64,000 bases of DNA from Clostridia bacterium. GTDB taxonomy: Bacteria > Bacillota > Clostridia > Oscillospirales > CAG-272. Location: contig JAFURQ010000007.1 in assembly GCA_017471825.1 (NCBI GenBank), forward strand, positions 28,036 through 92,035, written 5' to 3'. Every line of letters begins with the position of its first letter. Position 1 is the stretch's first letter. This document shows positions 55,337 through 64,000 of this stretch, in pieces. The translations under genes and the position numbers were made by a program. The notes under the pieces were generated by a model that did not search any database, was not told the DNA's origin, and was given only the letters and a program-made list of their open reading frames with translations.

Positions 55337-56999
55337 ATTTCTTTACAATCGCGAGATTCTCAACCATTTTTTGAGTACCGTAGGTGTAATACACGGTTTC
55401 ATAAAAATATTCATCGCCGTAGTATTCAAGCATCTCTGCCTTTATGGTCATAACCTCGGCGTTGTATGCATCGCCCTCAAGCTTTGAGAGCTCGTCGGCG
55501 TGAAGCTTAATATAATAGTCAAGGTGTTCATTCACCGACTCGTTATAAAGTGCCTCAAGCTCATCGCCCGTCGGCAGAAAATCCTCCTTTTGCATTACGT
55601 AGAAGAATATCACCTTTTCGAGCGCAACCTCCTCGGCGGCTTTCGTTAAATGCTCTCTCCAATCCGTGCCCGAGGAAAGACCGAGATAGGCTATCGCACA
55701 AGCGTCAATGTCCTCGTATACAGACGAATTCTGAGAATATACCGAGGCTATCTCGTTATAGTAGTTGTCATAATACTCATTAACGGTTGCTTCGGGATAA
55801 GAATGAACCTCGGTTTTTTCAAGAAGCACATCCCATATCGCGTCGGATATGACCGTTTCGTTTATCTCATCGACCTCATCCATCGCTTCCTTGCGAAGAA
55901 GGCTCGTGTACCTCTCAACTATGTTCGCACCCTCATAGTCAGCAACGTCCGCATCGTTAATCTTCAAGGTTTCCTTTATAAATGCCTCGTTGAACTCGGG
56001 AGTATTGTAAACCTTGGCGGTGTAAAGATATATATCAAACCTCGCCTCAACGCCGCGCAGACTCTTTTCCGAATAGTCGGCAGGAAAAACAACGTTAATC
56101 GTCAAGGGATTTGATTCGCAGGTCGTCGCATAATTTATCTTCATATCGGTATAAGCAACGCTGCCCGAATCACCGTAGGGGAAGGTCTGGGATTTAAGAT
56201 CCTCGCCTATCTTCTGCGCCTCGGTGCCTTCCTCGGTGCCGAGGATAAAGGCAAGGAATCCCTCGCCGTATTTCTCATCAATATTATCAAGCGCGAGGTC
56301 TATTCTCTCCTCGCTCTTCTGCTGATAGCTTCCGTCGGGATACATTGCGGTGTAGGTAAGGTAAATTACGCTTCCCGCCTCTACCGTGCCGCTTTTTTGC
56401 ATTTCGAAGCTCGTGTAATCGGACGGCTTCTTACCTATAAACTGCTCAACAAATCCGGGAATAAAATATCTCTGCTGTGAAGTATCTTCGATTATTATAA
56501 GGTTGGTGCCAACCTCTATTTTTGTTCTCTCCGTCAGATTCGTTCCGCCTTCAAAATCGGTTTCATTACCGTCTGCGTCGACCGTGTAGCCGCGATAAAC
56601 GAACTCAACCTCGTCACCGAGCGTTATAGCTACGCTAGTCATTCCGAGCCCGTCGTATTCGGGAGTCTCGCTCTTATGCTCTGCCAGAAGCTTGTTTATT
56701 TTCCTCTGAACGTCAGCCTCGGAAAAGGTCTGAAAGGGTCCCTCAACCACTATGTTCTTGTAATCATCCTCGGAAAGAGTAATGTATTTCGAAAGGTCAT
56801 CCTTAAGGTAATCAACCTCTCCGTCATCGGTAATCGCGCGAATGATAAAAACGACACCTACCGCTACCAGCGCGACTATGAGAATCGCCGCGATAATAGT
56901 GAAAACTATCTGCTTTTTGGTCATTTTGTCGCTCGCCTGTGCCTTTACGGGAGCCTGCACCTCGTTATTTTGTGCCTTTTTCTTTTGTTTTCTTGCCAT
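55335..56999 (-). CDS. Membrane-anchored trigger-factor-like protein (FKBP domain with inserted second FKBP-like module, TF C-terminal domain)
   Basis: GDEVEFVYRG...FEGG...FIPGFVEQFIG...[insert]...VFPADY....LRG.EARF; helical TF-C-like tail; N-terminal TM. Confidence 0.72.
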   Translation of the reverse strand: MARKQKKKAQNNEVQAPVKAQASDKMTKKQIVFTIIAAILIVALVAVGVVFIIRAITDDGEVDYLKDDLSKYITLSEDDYKNIVVEGPFQTFSEADVQRKINKLLAEHKSETPEYDGLGMTSVAITLGDEVEFVYRGYTVDADGNETDFEGGTNLTERTKIEVGTNLIIIEDTSQQRYFIPGFVEQFIGKKPSDYTSFEMQKSGTVEAGSVIYLTYTAMYPDGSYQQKSEERIDLALDNIDEKYGEGFLAFILGTEEGTEAQKIGEDLKSQTFPYGDSGSVAYTDMKINYATTCESNPLTINVVFPADYSEKSLRGVEARFDIYLYTAKVYNTPEFNEAFIKETLKINDADVADYEGANIVERYTSLLRKEAMDEVDEINETVISDAIWDVLLEKTEVHSYPEATVNEYYDNYYNEIASVYSQNSSVYEDIDACAIAYLGLSSGTDWREHLTKAAEEVALEKVIFFYVMQKEDFLPTGDELEALYNESVNEHLDYYIKLHADELSKLEGDAYNAEVMTIKAEMLEYYGDEYFYETVYYTYGTQKMVENLAIVKK

Positions 57000-57022
57000 A
57001 TTTCACCTTTTAAAAGGAATAT

Positions 57023-57457
57023 TTATTGAAAGGAATCGGCGTACGCCGTTGCAAGCCTGTCACAGCGCTCGTTGTAGTCGTGACCGTTGTGTCCCTTTAC
57101 CCACACGAACGTTACCTCGTGCGTTTCTGTCAGCTCGTAAAGCCTTGCCCAGAGGTCGGGGTTCTTCAGCTCCTCCCTGCCTCTGCGCCAGCCCTGCGAG
57201 CGCCAGGAGTGCACCCACCCCTGCAAGAACGCCTCGACAACGTACTTCGAGTCGGAATAAAGAGTCACCTTACACGGCTCCTTCAACGCCTCAAGCCCCA
57301 CTATCGCCGCCATAAGCTCCATGCGGTTGTTGGTCGTTTCACGCTCACCGCCACAGATTTCCTTTTCATATTTACCGTATACGAGTATCGCACCGTAGCC
57401 GCCCTTGCCGGGGTTGCCGCGGCACGCACCGTCTGTATAAAGCTGTACTTCTTTCAT
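57023..57457 (-). CDS. rnhA: Ribonuclease HI
   Basis: [43 protein letters not shown]. Confidence 0.97.
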   Translation of the reverse strand: MKEVQLYTDGACRGNPGKGGYGAILVYGKYEKEICGGERETTNNRMELMAAIVGLEALKEPCKVTLYSDSKYVVEAFLQGWVHSWRSQGWRRGREELKNPDLWARLYELTETHEVTFVWVKGHNGHDYNERCDRLATAYADSFQ

Positions 57458-57475
57458 ATTTTATCTTTTTAATAG

Positions 57476-57506
57476 GAAATCCGACAGTACTCGGCTGTCG
57501 GATTTC
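57476..57506 (-). terminator. Hairpin between the TF-like lipoprotein gene and rnhA
   Basis: GAAATCCGACAG-tactcgg-CTGTCGGATTTC. Confidence 0.55.
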
Positions 57507-57542
57507 TCTTTTATCCTGATGTCTTTTCTTTAAGCCATCCGA

Positions 57543-59750
57543 TTATTCGGTTTCGGTGGTTTCATCCTCTTCTTCTTCGGGAAGCTCCTCAACGAACTGG
57601 ATGTCACCTATAAGAGCGTTGGTGTACTCAACGAGAGTTGCCTTGCCGTCCTCCTTCTCCTCGCTCTCAAGAATAAAGTCAAGGAGCTTGTCGAACTGGT
57701 ATGCGGAGCGAACGGTGTTGTCGCCGTATGCGTCAACGTAGTACTCCATATTGTCGGTTTCAAGGTAATCCTCGTATTCGTCATCGCTTGCTACCATACC
57801 GTATTTTTCAGCAACGATATAGATTGCAATGATTTCGGCAACGTGTCTTTGTGCTTCCTTCTCGATTGCGGCATAAGCCTCGTCGGCGTTGGATACCTCA
57901 ACCTTGAGGTCGGTGGGTACTGCGTACTTAACAAGGAAGGTTTCGAAGCTTCCGTTGTACTTCTTGTAGTTGGAATCGGAGCTCGAGGAAACGGAGCTTC
58001 CGGTTACGGTCTTATTCTCATAGAAGCAGTACTCATAGTTCTCTATAAGATAATTGTATGCTTCCTTAACAGCCTTCTTGGGATAGGAGCTAACTGTTAC
58101 GTTCTCAATGATTGCATCGTAAACGTAGGAAGCGAGCTTTTCCTTAATTTCAGCATTGTAGGTGCTTTCAAGGTTCTTGTAGGTTACGTTATACTCGTAG
58201 CCCTCGAGAATCTTTGCGGCGCCCTTTGCCTGAGCTTCGCCCTCGCCCTCTTCAGCCTCACCGACGGTGGTGATGAATTCTGCTACGAGAGCATCTCTTT
58301 CGGTCTTGGCTTCCTTCGCGTCCTTCTTCTCGCCGCCTTCGCCCTCGGTGTATTCACCCTCAGCTACCTCAACGGGAGTTTTCGCATCCTCTGCGGTGCC
58401 GTCGTAGATGGTTCTCTCTACCTTGAAGGTCTTGAGAGCAGCATCGTACTTGCCCTGTGCGGTGGTGTGCGCGGTTGTTGCCTTGTCAAGAGCGGTCTTG
58501 TTTTCGTCGGTTGCATTTGCGTCGTATGCAGCCTGTGCCTCGTCAAGAGACGTCTTTGCCTTATCGAGAGCGGTCTTTGCGGTCTCGAGAGCCTCAAGAG
58601 CATCGTCGTAATCCTCTTTTGCCTTTTCAAGAGCCTCATCAGCCTCGGTAAGCTTGGTCTGTGCAGTGGTAAGAGCGGTTATGAAGTCCTCAAGAGAGAG
58701 CTCCTCGCCGTCCTTTGTGAACTTATACTTTGCAAGAAGTGCCTCTACCTCTGCCTCCTCACCCTCGGTGTAATCGGCACCGAAGAGAATGGTTGCGGCG
58801 GTAGCAAGGGTAAGATTCTTGCCGTAGATTTCGTTGATAACGGTTTCAGCAGTATATGCGGGGGTCTCAACGTAGTATGCGGGATATACGTGGTAGGTAA
58901 GCTCTACGCCCTTGAGATCCTGATTCTTCGTTGTGGTGTAAAGAGTGGAGGGCTTGTTGGTAGCAACGTCATAGGTTGCATCAACAACGGTAAACGCCTC
59001 TGCGCCCTTCTCTATCCATTCAACCTTGGTCTTGGTGTACTTGCCGTTGGTGCTTGCATCACCGTCGGTGATATTGATTTCGTCAAGAGTCTTTGCAACG
59101 TCCTTGCCTATAAGAGCCTTATGGAAAGGGTTGTTCTCGTCAATAACGATTCTGTGGGTGGTTGCGGTCTGGGTTTCCTTACCTACCTCACCCTCGGTAC
59201 CGGTGGTCTTGTCGTACTCTCTGGTGTAAGAGATGTATACAACGTCGCCGTTTTTAACGGTGCCGGTGGTAACCTGAGAATAGGTGCTTTCCTCGGTGAA
59301 CTCAAAGCCCTCGAGCTTTTCTTCAATTGCCGCAAGAACGTCGTCGTCGATGAAGTTAAGTCCGTACTGAACGTTGTCCATCTTGCTTGCTTCCTCAACC
59401 TTCATATTCTCGGTAAGGAAGATGTATTCTACGTCCTTAATGGTCGCAGTTACGTAATAGCAGTAGTAAACGGTGTCGTTAACCTTGGGAGTGCCCTCGG
59501 TCTTGTGGTCTGTGGTGTCTGCCTTTGCGGCAAGAGCCTTTGCGATAGCATCAGCAACTCTTCCCTCTCTCTCGGCAACGGCGAAGTCACCCTCCTCAAG
59601 AACGATAGTTGCAAGAGCAGTTTCAAAAGCTTCCTTGTCAAAGGTAGCGTATGCGCTCATGTCGTCGTCCGCATAGCTGTATGCACAGCCCGCAAGAGCA
59701 AGAACGGACATAACCGCCACAAGAATTAAACTGATAATTCTCTTTTTCAT
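57543..59750 (-). CDS. Trigger-factor-like lipoprotein with degenerate FKBP modules and an Ala/Lys/Glu coiled-coil insert
   Basis: LAGC lipobox; 'NDTVYYCYY', 'KNGDVVYISY', 'LKGVELTYHV'; 'TVSSYPKKAV' resembles 'EVHSYPEATV' of the 554-aa paralog. Confidence 0.6.
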   Translation of the reverse strand: MKKRIISLILVAVMSVLALAGCAYSYADDDMSAYATFDKEAFETALATIVLEEGDFAVAEREGRVADAIAKALAAKADTTDHKTEGTPKVNDTVYYCYYVTATIKDVEYIFLTENMKVEEASKMDNVQYGLNFIDDDVLAAIEEKLEGFEFTEESTYSQVTTGTVKNGDVVYISYTREYDKTTGTEGEVGKETQTATTHRIVIDENNPFHKALIGKDVAKTLDEINITDGDASTNGKYTKTKVEWIEKGAEAFTVVDATYDVATNKPSTLYTTTKNQDLKGVELTYHVYPAYYVETPAYTAETVINEIYGKNLTLATAATILFGADYTEGEEAEVEALLAKYKFTKDGEELSLEDFITALTTAQTKLTEADEALEKAKEDYDDALEALETAKTALDKAKTSLDEAQAAYDANATDENKTALDKATTAHTTAQGKYDAALKTFKVERTIYDGTAEDAKTPVEVAEGEYTEGEGGEKKDAKEAKTERDALVAEFITTVGEAEEGEGEAQAKGAAKILEGYEYNVTYKNLESTYNAEIKEKLASYVYDAIIENVTVSSYPKKAVKEAYNYLIENYEYCFYENKTVTGSSVSSSSDSNYKKYNGSFETFLVKYAVPTDLKVEVSNADEAYAAIEKEAQRHVAEIIAIYIVAEKYGMVASDDEYEDYLETDNMEYYVDAYGDNTVRSAYQFDKLLDFILESEEKEDGKATLVEYTNALIGDIQFVEELPEEEEDETTETE

Positions 59751-59966
59751 TGTTCAAATTCCTCTATGTTATTTTATTTTTTCATTTTTTAGCTCGAAGG
59801 GAGCCTCGGGATGCAAAAAATATGCTCTATCGCTCAAAAAGAGCGACCCATTGAATTATTATAGCATAACATTATCAAAAAAGCAAATGTTTTTTTAATT
59901 TTTTTATAATATATTTATTTTGTGCGAAATGCCGCAGGCTTTTCCCTGCCCCGAGGCCATATCTTA

Positions 59967-62924
59967 TCAGTTATATCCCGCTTCAAGATCAAAGAGCTCG
60001 CCATTCAGAAGCGCCACAAAGGTCGTAACTATTCTGCGGAAGCCATAGCTGGATATATAGAAATCCGAAACCTCTCCGCCGCCAACAGGCGCGCCGTCGT
60101 CGGTTGTTCTGTAAAGCCTTACAAGCACGCGTCTGTCGGAGCAACGGTAGAATTCGTAATTGTAATATCCCTCGTCCTCGGAATCTCCGTCCTTATCCGT
60201 GTCAATTTTTATCGAGAATTTCATAAGCATAGGATAGTTTTCGAACGCATCCTTCTGCTCCTCGGGGCTCATTGCGCCCTCGAAATCCACGTAAAACATC
60301 GCACGAATAAATTCCTTGAAGTAGGTCGTTCCAAGGCTGTCGGTGAAATACTCGTTCTGAACGTCCTTGTCGGTGTAAAGATGGTTGTAAAGCTCGGTCA
60401 GGCTCATATAATTGCGGTCATTGTCGGCAATATACTCTGTGAGCTTGTTGGGAGTGCAGTTCTCGCCGGGGTGTACGTTTACCGTGATGTAATCGAAGGT
60501 ATCCGAATAGCTCTTGGGCGGAGTGCCTCCGACCTGCAGGCCCGTTGAGGTAATATACGAGGTCTTGTGGTCTATGTCAAGCTCGTAGCTGCCGGTAAGG
60601 TCCTCAAAATTAAACTCTACCTTTATATTCTGCATAAACTCAACGTCGGTCATAATGAGATTATCTCTCGCCCAGAAGCCCGTGAAGGTTTCGTCAAGGA
60701 AGAAGAAAACGTCATTTCCGACCTTTGTAATAACGTCGTAAAGGTCCGACGCAACGTATCTTGTTCCGTCGTCAAGAATGTCGCTTATATAAAGAGTAAA
60801 GCCAAGCTTTTCATACGAGGTATAGTCATCTATGGTGTCCTCGTCGCCGCTGTCAATCGGAATAAGTCCGCGCGGAAGCTCGAAATAAATTCTGTGCTCG
60901 TAAAGACCGAACTCGAGAAGCTTTTCGGGGGTCAGACCCACCGCGACGGTCTCGGTTCCCTGAAGTCCCACGGAATTCGAGGTGTTCTCACCTATTCCTC
61001 CCACGAGATCGAGAATATGGTCGCACGCGGAGTTATCAAGACCGTAAAGAAGGTATCCGTCCGTGTTGTTCTGATAAATGGAGTCGCCGTAGAAGGGGTC
61101 GCGCTCGGAGTTGGAAAGGAAGCTGAAGGAAACAACCTCTTTTCTGGTGACAAAATACTTTATCTCGCTTATTTCATAAGCCCTGAAGGCTCTGAATACC
61201 TCGTAATAACGGTTGCCCTCGTCTATGATTATAGAAAGATATCTCGACGTCTTTCTGCCAACCAATTCGTTTTTGATTGCGAGCTCCGCTCCGCTTGTTG
61301 CGGCGGAGAGGTCTATCGAGTCGGTGTATTCCTCGTCGCGAAGCTCACCGTTTACCATTATCTGATAGCGGTAGACAACTATCGAATCCTCCTCAACCTT
61401 TTCAAGCGTCTTTCCGGTTTTGCTTAAAATGTTTATTATCTCGGTAATCTTGCTCTTGTAGCTCGTCGCAAGTGCGTTTTCCTCGGTGTAGTTGATGTCA
61501 AATGCAACTCTGTCGCTCTCGTCAAGCGGGCCTACCGAAAGGGCGCGAAGCGCACTCACAGCCTCTGTGGGAAGCGCAGGAGAGGTGAGATCCAGCACCG
61601 CGTGTGAAACAATATCGGCAGTCTGCTTACCGTTTACGGTAAAGCGGTATGCAACTCTTATTACGTTGTTGTCACCGACGGGCGTGCCAACGGCGGATAT
61701 ATCGTCGTTTGAATTTACTATCGCCTCTATCTCGCAAATCTCATAGTGATATTTTACCGAGGGAGATGCGGTAAGGTTAATCGAATGTGAGCTGTCCGTG
61801 TCAATCGGAACCGTCAGGGAAATTGCCGTCGTTTTATCGGCGTTCGGGTCGGAGGGATCGTAATAAACGCCGATCTCTCTGCCTATTATCGAATTTTTGA
61901 TTTCGTTTGCCGCACTGCCGAACAGATCCACTATCATATCCGTATATCCGCTTGAGGAATATCCGTTAAGACCGTCAGCGTAGGACGACGGGTCGTCAAT
62001 GTAGCTCGAGGGGTCGATGGGAACCGAAAGATTTGCGGAAATAACTATCTCCGCCTCATCGGGTACCGTCTCTCCCGCATTCTTGTGAAGCTCGGTTTTC
62101 CAGTGCGTAAAATCCGAGGTATAAAGCGGCTCAAGGGTGGAATCTCCCTCAAGTCCCTCGGAAACAAGGGCGCTGTTTACGTAAGAATAGAAGCCTAAAA
62201 GCGCATAGTCAAGGTATACAGAGAGCGAATTGTAAACGTAATCTCTGTCGTCAACCGTGAAATAGTATCCGACACCGGTTACAGTGCGGTCGCCTATAAC
62301 CACCTTGTGCGTTTGGGTAACGCCCATCTCATCCTCGTAGTCAAAGATAACCACCGAGGTGTTTTCGCCCTGAAGTCCGAACTGCTTATACTGTGCCTCT
62401 CTTTCGGCAGGGTCTTTTGAAAGAGGTATTCTCTCGCCAAAGTAAGAAACCTCAAGAGCGGAGAGCAGATAGGAAAGCTTGCTTATCGTTCCGTATCCGT
62501 CATTCGTTTCAAGAGCGTAAAGGCTATCGTATTCAAAATAGGAGTCGGCGTCACATATAGACGGGTAATAAATCTTTACCTCTCCGTTCTCCATATACGT
62601 GAACATAAAATTGTTATCAATCGTTTCGGAGCGGAGGAGGGTGTACTCTCCGTCCTTATTATTGTTGCTTACCGTGATACGGGTTATATCCGCGTCGTCA
62701 ACGACGGGGTACGCCACGAGCGTGCCGCGGTAAACGTCCTCGTCACCTATCGCAACCGGCGGCTCGGCGGTTTGCTGCTCGTCATCGGTATCGGTGTTCT
62801 TGAACACAATACCTATCACGATTGCCGCCGCAACGAGAACGGCTATAATACCAAGGAGAATCAGAGTCAGGCGAAGCTTTCTCTTACCCCTTGCAATGCT
62901 CTCGATTTGCTGTCTTGTTTTCAT
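59967..62924 (-). CDS. Large membrane-anchored protein, DUF4340-like ends with internal FKBP-like modules
   Basis: N-terminal TM; 'YKQFGL...HKVVIGDRTVTGVGYY....DYVY' and 'LEFGL...YISD..DDGTRYV' DUF4340-like segments; follows the GldG-like gene. Confidence 0.55.
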   Translation of the reverse strand: MKTRQQIESIARGKRKLRLTLILLGIIAVLVAAAIVIGIVFKNTDTDDEQQTAEPPVAIGDEDVYRGTLVAYPVVDDADITRITVSNNNKDGEYTLLRSETIDNNFMFTYMENGEVKIYYPSICDADSYFEYDSLYALETNDGYGTISKLSYLLSALEVSYFGERIPLSKDPAEREAQYKQFGLQGENTSVVIFDYEDEMGVTQTHKVVIGDRTVTGVGYYFTVDDRDYVYNSLSVYLDYALLGFYSYVNSALVSEGLEGDSTLEPLYTSDFTHWKTELHKNAGETVPDEAEIVISANLSVPIDPSSYIDDPSSYADGLNGYSSSGYTDMIVDLFGSAANEIKNSIIGREIGVYYDPSDPNADKTTAISLTVPIDTDSSHSINLTASPSVKYHYEICEIEAIVNSNDDISAVGTPVGDNNVIRVAYRFTVNGKQTADIVSHAVLDLTSPALPTEAVSALRALSVGPLDESDRVAFDINYTEENALATSYKSKITEIINILSKTGKTLEKVEEDSIVVYRYQIMVNGELRDEEYTDSIDLSAATSGAELAIKNELVGRKTSRYLSIIIDEGNRYYEVFRAFRAYEISEIKYFVTRKEVVSFSFLSNSERDPFYGDSIYQNNTDGYLLYGLDNSACDHILDLVGGIGENTSNSVGLQGTETVAVGLTPEKLLEFGLYEHRIYFELPRGLIPIDSGDEDTIDDYTSYEKLGFTLYISDILDDGTRYVASDLYDVITKVGNDVFFFLDETFTGFWARDNLIMTDVEFMQNIKVEFNFEDLTGSYELDIDHKTSYITSTGLQVGGTPPKSYSDTFDYITVNVHPGENCTPNKLTEYIADNDRNYMSLTELYNHLYTDKDVQNEYFTDSLGTTYFKEFIRAMFYVDFEGAMSPEEQKDAFENYPMLMKFSIKIDTDKDGDSEDEGYYNYEFYRCSDRRVLVRLYRTTDDGAPVGGGEVSDFYISSYGFRRIVTTFVALLNGELFDLEAGYN

Positions 62925-62935
62925 CCTCTACCTCC

Positions 62936-64000
62936 TTACAAAAATCTGCGGCGCACGCAGACTATTATACCTATCACAAGGAAGGTAAAGGGAACCAGAG
63001 CAACTATTACGGTATAAACTACCTTGGCACCGGTGGTGATTGCGTAATTTACCTTAACCACCTCGTCACCCGTCGGAGAAAGAACCTCCACGTCCTCCTC
63101 CGTCAGCTCGGTGGAGAGAAGCTCCTTACCTCCGGGGGATGCCGAGTTCCAGGTGTCACCGCCGAGGTCGATATCGGCGTAAACGTCGGTTCTGGATATA
63201 TTCTTAACGAGCGCACTGATTACGTCGTAATTTGCATACGAGGGATTGGAGAGCGCCTCGTTTGAAAGAAAATCGGGAGAAGCCGAGCAGAATAAATACG
63301 AGTGAAAGTATTCTGCACTGAAGTTGTCGAACGCCTCTCTTACAGAGAGCGCGGCAAGATCGAGCTGACCGTACTTTGCAATATAGTTTTCTGCCGTAAG
63401 GTCAAGAATCGAGCTGTCCGCATATCCGTCGTCTGCCGCGGAGTTGTAAAGATACGCCGAGGCGGTAGCGGCGGTTTTAAGGAAGGTGGCGTAACGCTTT
63501 ACGGTAAACATAGAGCCCGCCTCGTTCTTAACGCCCTCCTCGCCGTAAGCGGGGATGATATATCCCGTGTTGTTCACTATCGTCTGCGGTGAGGTTCCGA
63601 GTGAGGCGTAATCGCCGTATATCGCGTTTGCATAGCTGTCGGTTTCGGTCTCGTAAACGGTTATTATTCCGGTATCCGAGCTTCCGCTCACGGAGGACTC
63701 GGGATCTCTTATTATTGCCGTTCCGAAATCAAAGCCCCATTCGTGAAGGAAGTCCTCAAGCACGGGCAGCTTCAGATTTTCATCATAGTCCTTGTTAACC
63801 ATTATGGCGCCCTGATTGTTGATAAGGTATTTATCAAGCTTGTCAAGGTCGGACATATAGTAAAGCTCGTTATATCTGTCGGGGTCGGTCGAAAAATCGC
63901 TTCTCGGGTTATTTATTATAAGAAGCGCACAGTCGTCGGGAATCTCGTCCACCTCGGAGATTTTAAGCGTCTTTACCTCAAGGCCGCAATCTCTGAGCAG
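62936..64000 (-). CDS. GldG/ABC-type uncharacterised transport auxiliary protein (5' part outside the window)
   Basis: 'IPDDCALLIINNPRSDF...KLDKYL...LEDFLHEWG', 'NYDVISALV', C-terminal TM 'LVPFTFLVIGIIVCVRRR'; frame open to the window edge. Confidence 0.75.
   Translation of the reverse strand: MLRDCGLEVKTLKISEVDEIPDDCALLIINNPRSDFSTDPDRYNELYYMSDLDKLDKYLINNQGAIMVNKDYDENLKLPVLEDFLHEWGFDFGTAIIRDPESSVSGSSDTGIITVYETETDSYANAIYGDYASLGTSPQTIVNNTGYIIPAYGEEGVKNEAGSMFTVKRYATFLKTAATASAYLYNSAADDGYADSSILDLTAENYIAKYGQLDLAALSVREAFDNFSAEYFHSYLFCSASPDFLSNEALSNPSYANYDVISALVKNISRTDVYADIDLGGDTWNSASPGGKELLSTELTEEDVEVLSPTGDEVVKVNYAITTGAKVVYTVIVALVPFTFLVIGIIVCVRRRFL

Noticed and set aside
57843-59729. Long antisense ORFs (628 aa here; also 15768..16859, 30019..31074, 2327..3163, 60567..61427 and others)
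   Set aside because: Shadow frames opposite well-supported genes; no RBS or recognisable motifs

Overview
Chromosomal window from what looks like an anaerobic, probably uncultured gut/rumen-type Clostridia genome (taxon inferred from gene content only). Most of it is housekeeping: nadE-pth-mfd-prsA-like, htrA, rlmL-like, ribF-prmA-rsmE, cdaR-like-ctpA-greA-lysS, apbE-rnfCDGEAB, mntP-galT, dusB, nrdD, fprA and rnhA, plus several large surface proteins and a small accessory zone around tRNA-Cys (about 45.6-50.5 kb). The main observations are: (1) a periodic ATGAAGC/GCTTCAT multi-hairpin array between tRNA-Cys and a four-helix-bundle (Avd/IVS-like) gene, overlapping that gene's -35; (2) an Rnf operon whose RnfG has three tandem flavinylation domains and a second membrane anchor, flanked by apbE and EetA/EetB-like genes, suggesting Rnf-coupled extracellular electron transfer; (3) a consensus parS inside mfd at a local C-to-G strand-skew switch that is independent of gene orientation; (4) an unlisted 42-aa peptide gene with its own promoter and terminator; (5) a GldG/DUF4340/nested-FKBP trigger-factor-like export-folding cluster; (6) an XRE cassette inserted beside a truncated inverted XRE copy; (7) a NadE lacking the glutaminase cysteine, an atypical ThyX-like protein and a TIR-transmembrane protein. 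All calls are by eye and from memory of the families; no searches were run.
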